From contig JAUIBF010000002.1 in NCBI GenBank assembly GCA_030428125.1, positions 143,910-207,909 on the forward strand: a DNA stretch of 64,000 bases, in the 5' to 3' direction. Source of the DNA: a bacterium (lineage in GTDB: Bacteria; Patescibacteriota; Saccharimonadia; Saccharimonadales; SZUA-47). The notes under the pieces were generated by a model that was not told the origin of the DNA, did no database searches, and saw only the letters and a program-made list of their open reading frames with translations. Position numbers and translations under genes: made by a program. Within the stretch, counting starts at the first letter, position 1; every line of letters begins with the position of its first letter. This document shows positions 62,516 to 64,000 of this stretch, in pieces.

Positions 62516-63076
62516 CTATTTTCGAGATTTAAAGAGATATACGAGGCCTTCAATCGTTGTTCCAACGACTGCACCTATTACAAAAAGCAGTATCGCAAGC
62601 AAATAGTTGTATTCGTAACCGTAGTGTTTTGTAATCCACAGTAGTCCTGAAGTACCGAGAAACGCAAAGAACGCACCCCATAACATACCCTGAGGTCTAG
62701 CGACAGTTTTTCCAATAAATTCACTCGGCTTATCAACTACAGATGAATGAATAACCTTACTAAATGTTCTAGACACCGGAGAAAGTCTCTTTCTAGTTCT
62801 CGTCATAGTTCTAGAGAATGCCATATTTTTTAGCTGTGAATTCACTAAAACAGGGTGGCGTTTTGGTTGCTGATGCTCACCGGCTGAGCGTTCTTTGCCA
62901 CTTACTGCATGCTTTTCTGCTGCTTTATGCAGCTGTGCCAGATGTTCTTTGCTACCATGCTGTTTTTCGGCATCAGTCAACTCACGTTCATGGTGATTTT
63001 TTTGATGCTCTTTAGAGTTCTCAATAGGCTTTAGGTGCTCTCCGGTGTTTTCATGATGAGATAATCGTTCACTCAT
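62516..63076 (-). CDS. His/Lys/Glu-rich protein with two C-terminal TM segments
   Basis: 186-aa ORF. Start overlaps the upstream gene's stop by 1 nt. No recognisable family. Confidence 0.45.
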   Translation of the reverse strand: MSERLSHHENTGEHLKPIENSKEHQKNHHERELTDAEKQHGSKEHLAQLHKAAEKHAVSGKERSAGEHQQPKRHPVLVNSQLKNMAFSRTMTRTRKRLSPVSRTFSKVIHSSVVDKPSEFIGKTVARPQGMLWGAFFAFLGTSGLLWITKHYGYEYNYLLAILLFVIGAVVGTTIEGLVYLFKSRK

Positions 63077-64000
63077 TACATACCTCCTGTTGTTGCGTAG
63101 TCAGTTCTAATTATGTCTAGCTCTTTGCTGATGAGCCTCGATCTCGCAAAGAAATAACCGACTACAAAAGTTATGCCTCCACCGATAAGTAAGCTTGTGC
63201 CTGGCCCCGTGTTCGGGATAGTCTCAATGCCTTTAACCACAGGACAGGCTACCTCCATAGAAATAGTATTGCCGTATATATTAGTTATTTCACAATCGAA
63301 ATCGGAGCCTTGGCCACTCGGTCGGTTTGTGGCTGGAATAGGGTCTAGCATCTTAATCTTAAATCGCGTTTCCAGTTTGCTGTTAGCAGGAATTGTGACA
63401 TTCTCCCACAGTACTTTTTTATCCTTCTCATCGTACTTTCCGCCATCAGCTTCTAGGGCTTCAATATCTAGTGTTGCGTAGTCTAGTAAGTCACCAACAT
63501 AATCACTGATTGTTACATCGGTACGATCGTAATCATTCGTATTAATTGTCGACAGTCTATATTCGATTTCGTCACCAGCTCGGACCTTTGATTTAACAGC
63601 GTCCTCATCTTTTTTACCTTGAGTCAGATTCTCGACAGTTTTTTCTTGACTTAACGGCTCTTCTTCGTCGAACTTAACACTTTCAGAACAATCTATCGTC
63701 TGATCGGTTTGTCCCGTTTCAGTAGGGGCAGTGAAGTTAACGACTACTTTTGCATCGAATTCACCAGCTTCGTAAATATGCGTAACTTCATTAGTAAATT
63801 TGCTTGATTTAAGACTTTTAGTTTGTCCGTCACCGAAGTCGTATTCATATGAATTTATTGTGACCAACTTTTCGTTAGATGCAGTAACTAAGGTCTTGAA
63901 GGTTGCTTCTTTTTTAGCTAGATTTAGTCCCACGTCCAGTAAGTCACAACTTAATTTTGGCTTCGTGCAGTTTTCATTGTTTGTATTAATTGAGGAGTCG
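63076..64000 (-). CDS. Cell-surface protein with PKD-like domain and IPNTG sorting signal (5' end outside window)
   Basis: The frame stays open to the window edge upstream of GTG 63933. YEYDFGDGQTKS...VTHIYEAGEF is PKD-like. C-terminus is IPNTG + hydrophobic stretch + ARSR. Confidence 0.6.
   Translation of the reverse strand, partial: DSSINTNNENCTKPKLSCDLLDVGLNLAKKEATFKTLVTASNEKLVTINSYEYDFGDGQTKSLKSSKFTNEVTHIYEAGEFDAKVVVNFTAPTETGQTDQTIDCSESVKFDEEEPLSQEKTVENLTQGKKDEDAVKSKVRAGDEIEYRLSTINTNDYDRTDVTISDYVGDLLDYATLDIEALEADGGKYDEKDKKVLWENVTIPANSKLETRFKIKMLDPIPATNRPSGQGSDFDCEITNIYGNTISMEVACPVVKGIETIPNTGPGTSLLIGGGITFVVGYFFARSRLISKELDIIRTDYATTGGM

Overview
The window is a compact, gene-dense bacterial chromosome segment. 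It uses the standard code, with TGA as a stop (e.g. efp). Gaps between co-directional genes are often 0-10 nt.

The gene content suggests a Candidatus Saccharibacteria (TM7) / CPR-type organism. This is an inference, not a database result. It rests on the reduced metabolism, a monoderm-style type IV pilus locus without a secretin, Thr/Ser-rich surface proteins and a sortase.

Main blocks:
- **1-13.9 kb, housekeeping genes:** UDG fragment, rnj, dapA, ftsK, rpsF-ssb-rpsR, three unknown genes, efp, Nudix, tlyA, a Crp/Fnr regulator and ychF.
- **14-23.4 kb, cell-surface island:** an M14 peptidase, a sortase-like lipoprotein, Thr-rich repeat proteins and an 1168-aa secreted protein.
- **23.5-36.5 kb, complete type IV pilus locus:** pilMNO, pilB, pilT, pilC, major pilin, pilD and four pilin-like genes. 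One pilin-like gene carries a C-type lectin domain.
- **36.5-57.6 kb, housekeeping genes:** xer, ndk, nrdR, tgt, thrS, miaA, rpmB, an ASCH-RNase H fusion, rnpB, the infC-rpmI-rplT operon and comM. Five tRNAs lie in this stretch.
- **57.6-58.7 kb:** an ORF-free, AT-rich region of about 1 kb.
- **58.7-64 kb:** a VirD4/TraD-like ATPase and an IPNTG-anchored surface protein.

The most notable unannotated signal is a two-hairpin RNA element present in three copies. The copies show compensatory base changes. Two of them form uORF-containing leaders of the two RNase genes (rnj and ASCH-RNase H).

There are also several candidate small RNAs or leaders, each framed by a promoter and a terminator.

I found no CRISPR array, transposase or rRNA.
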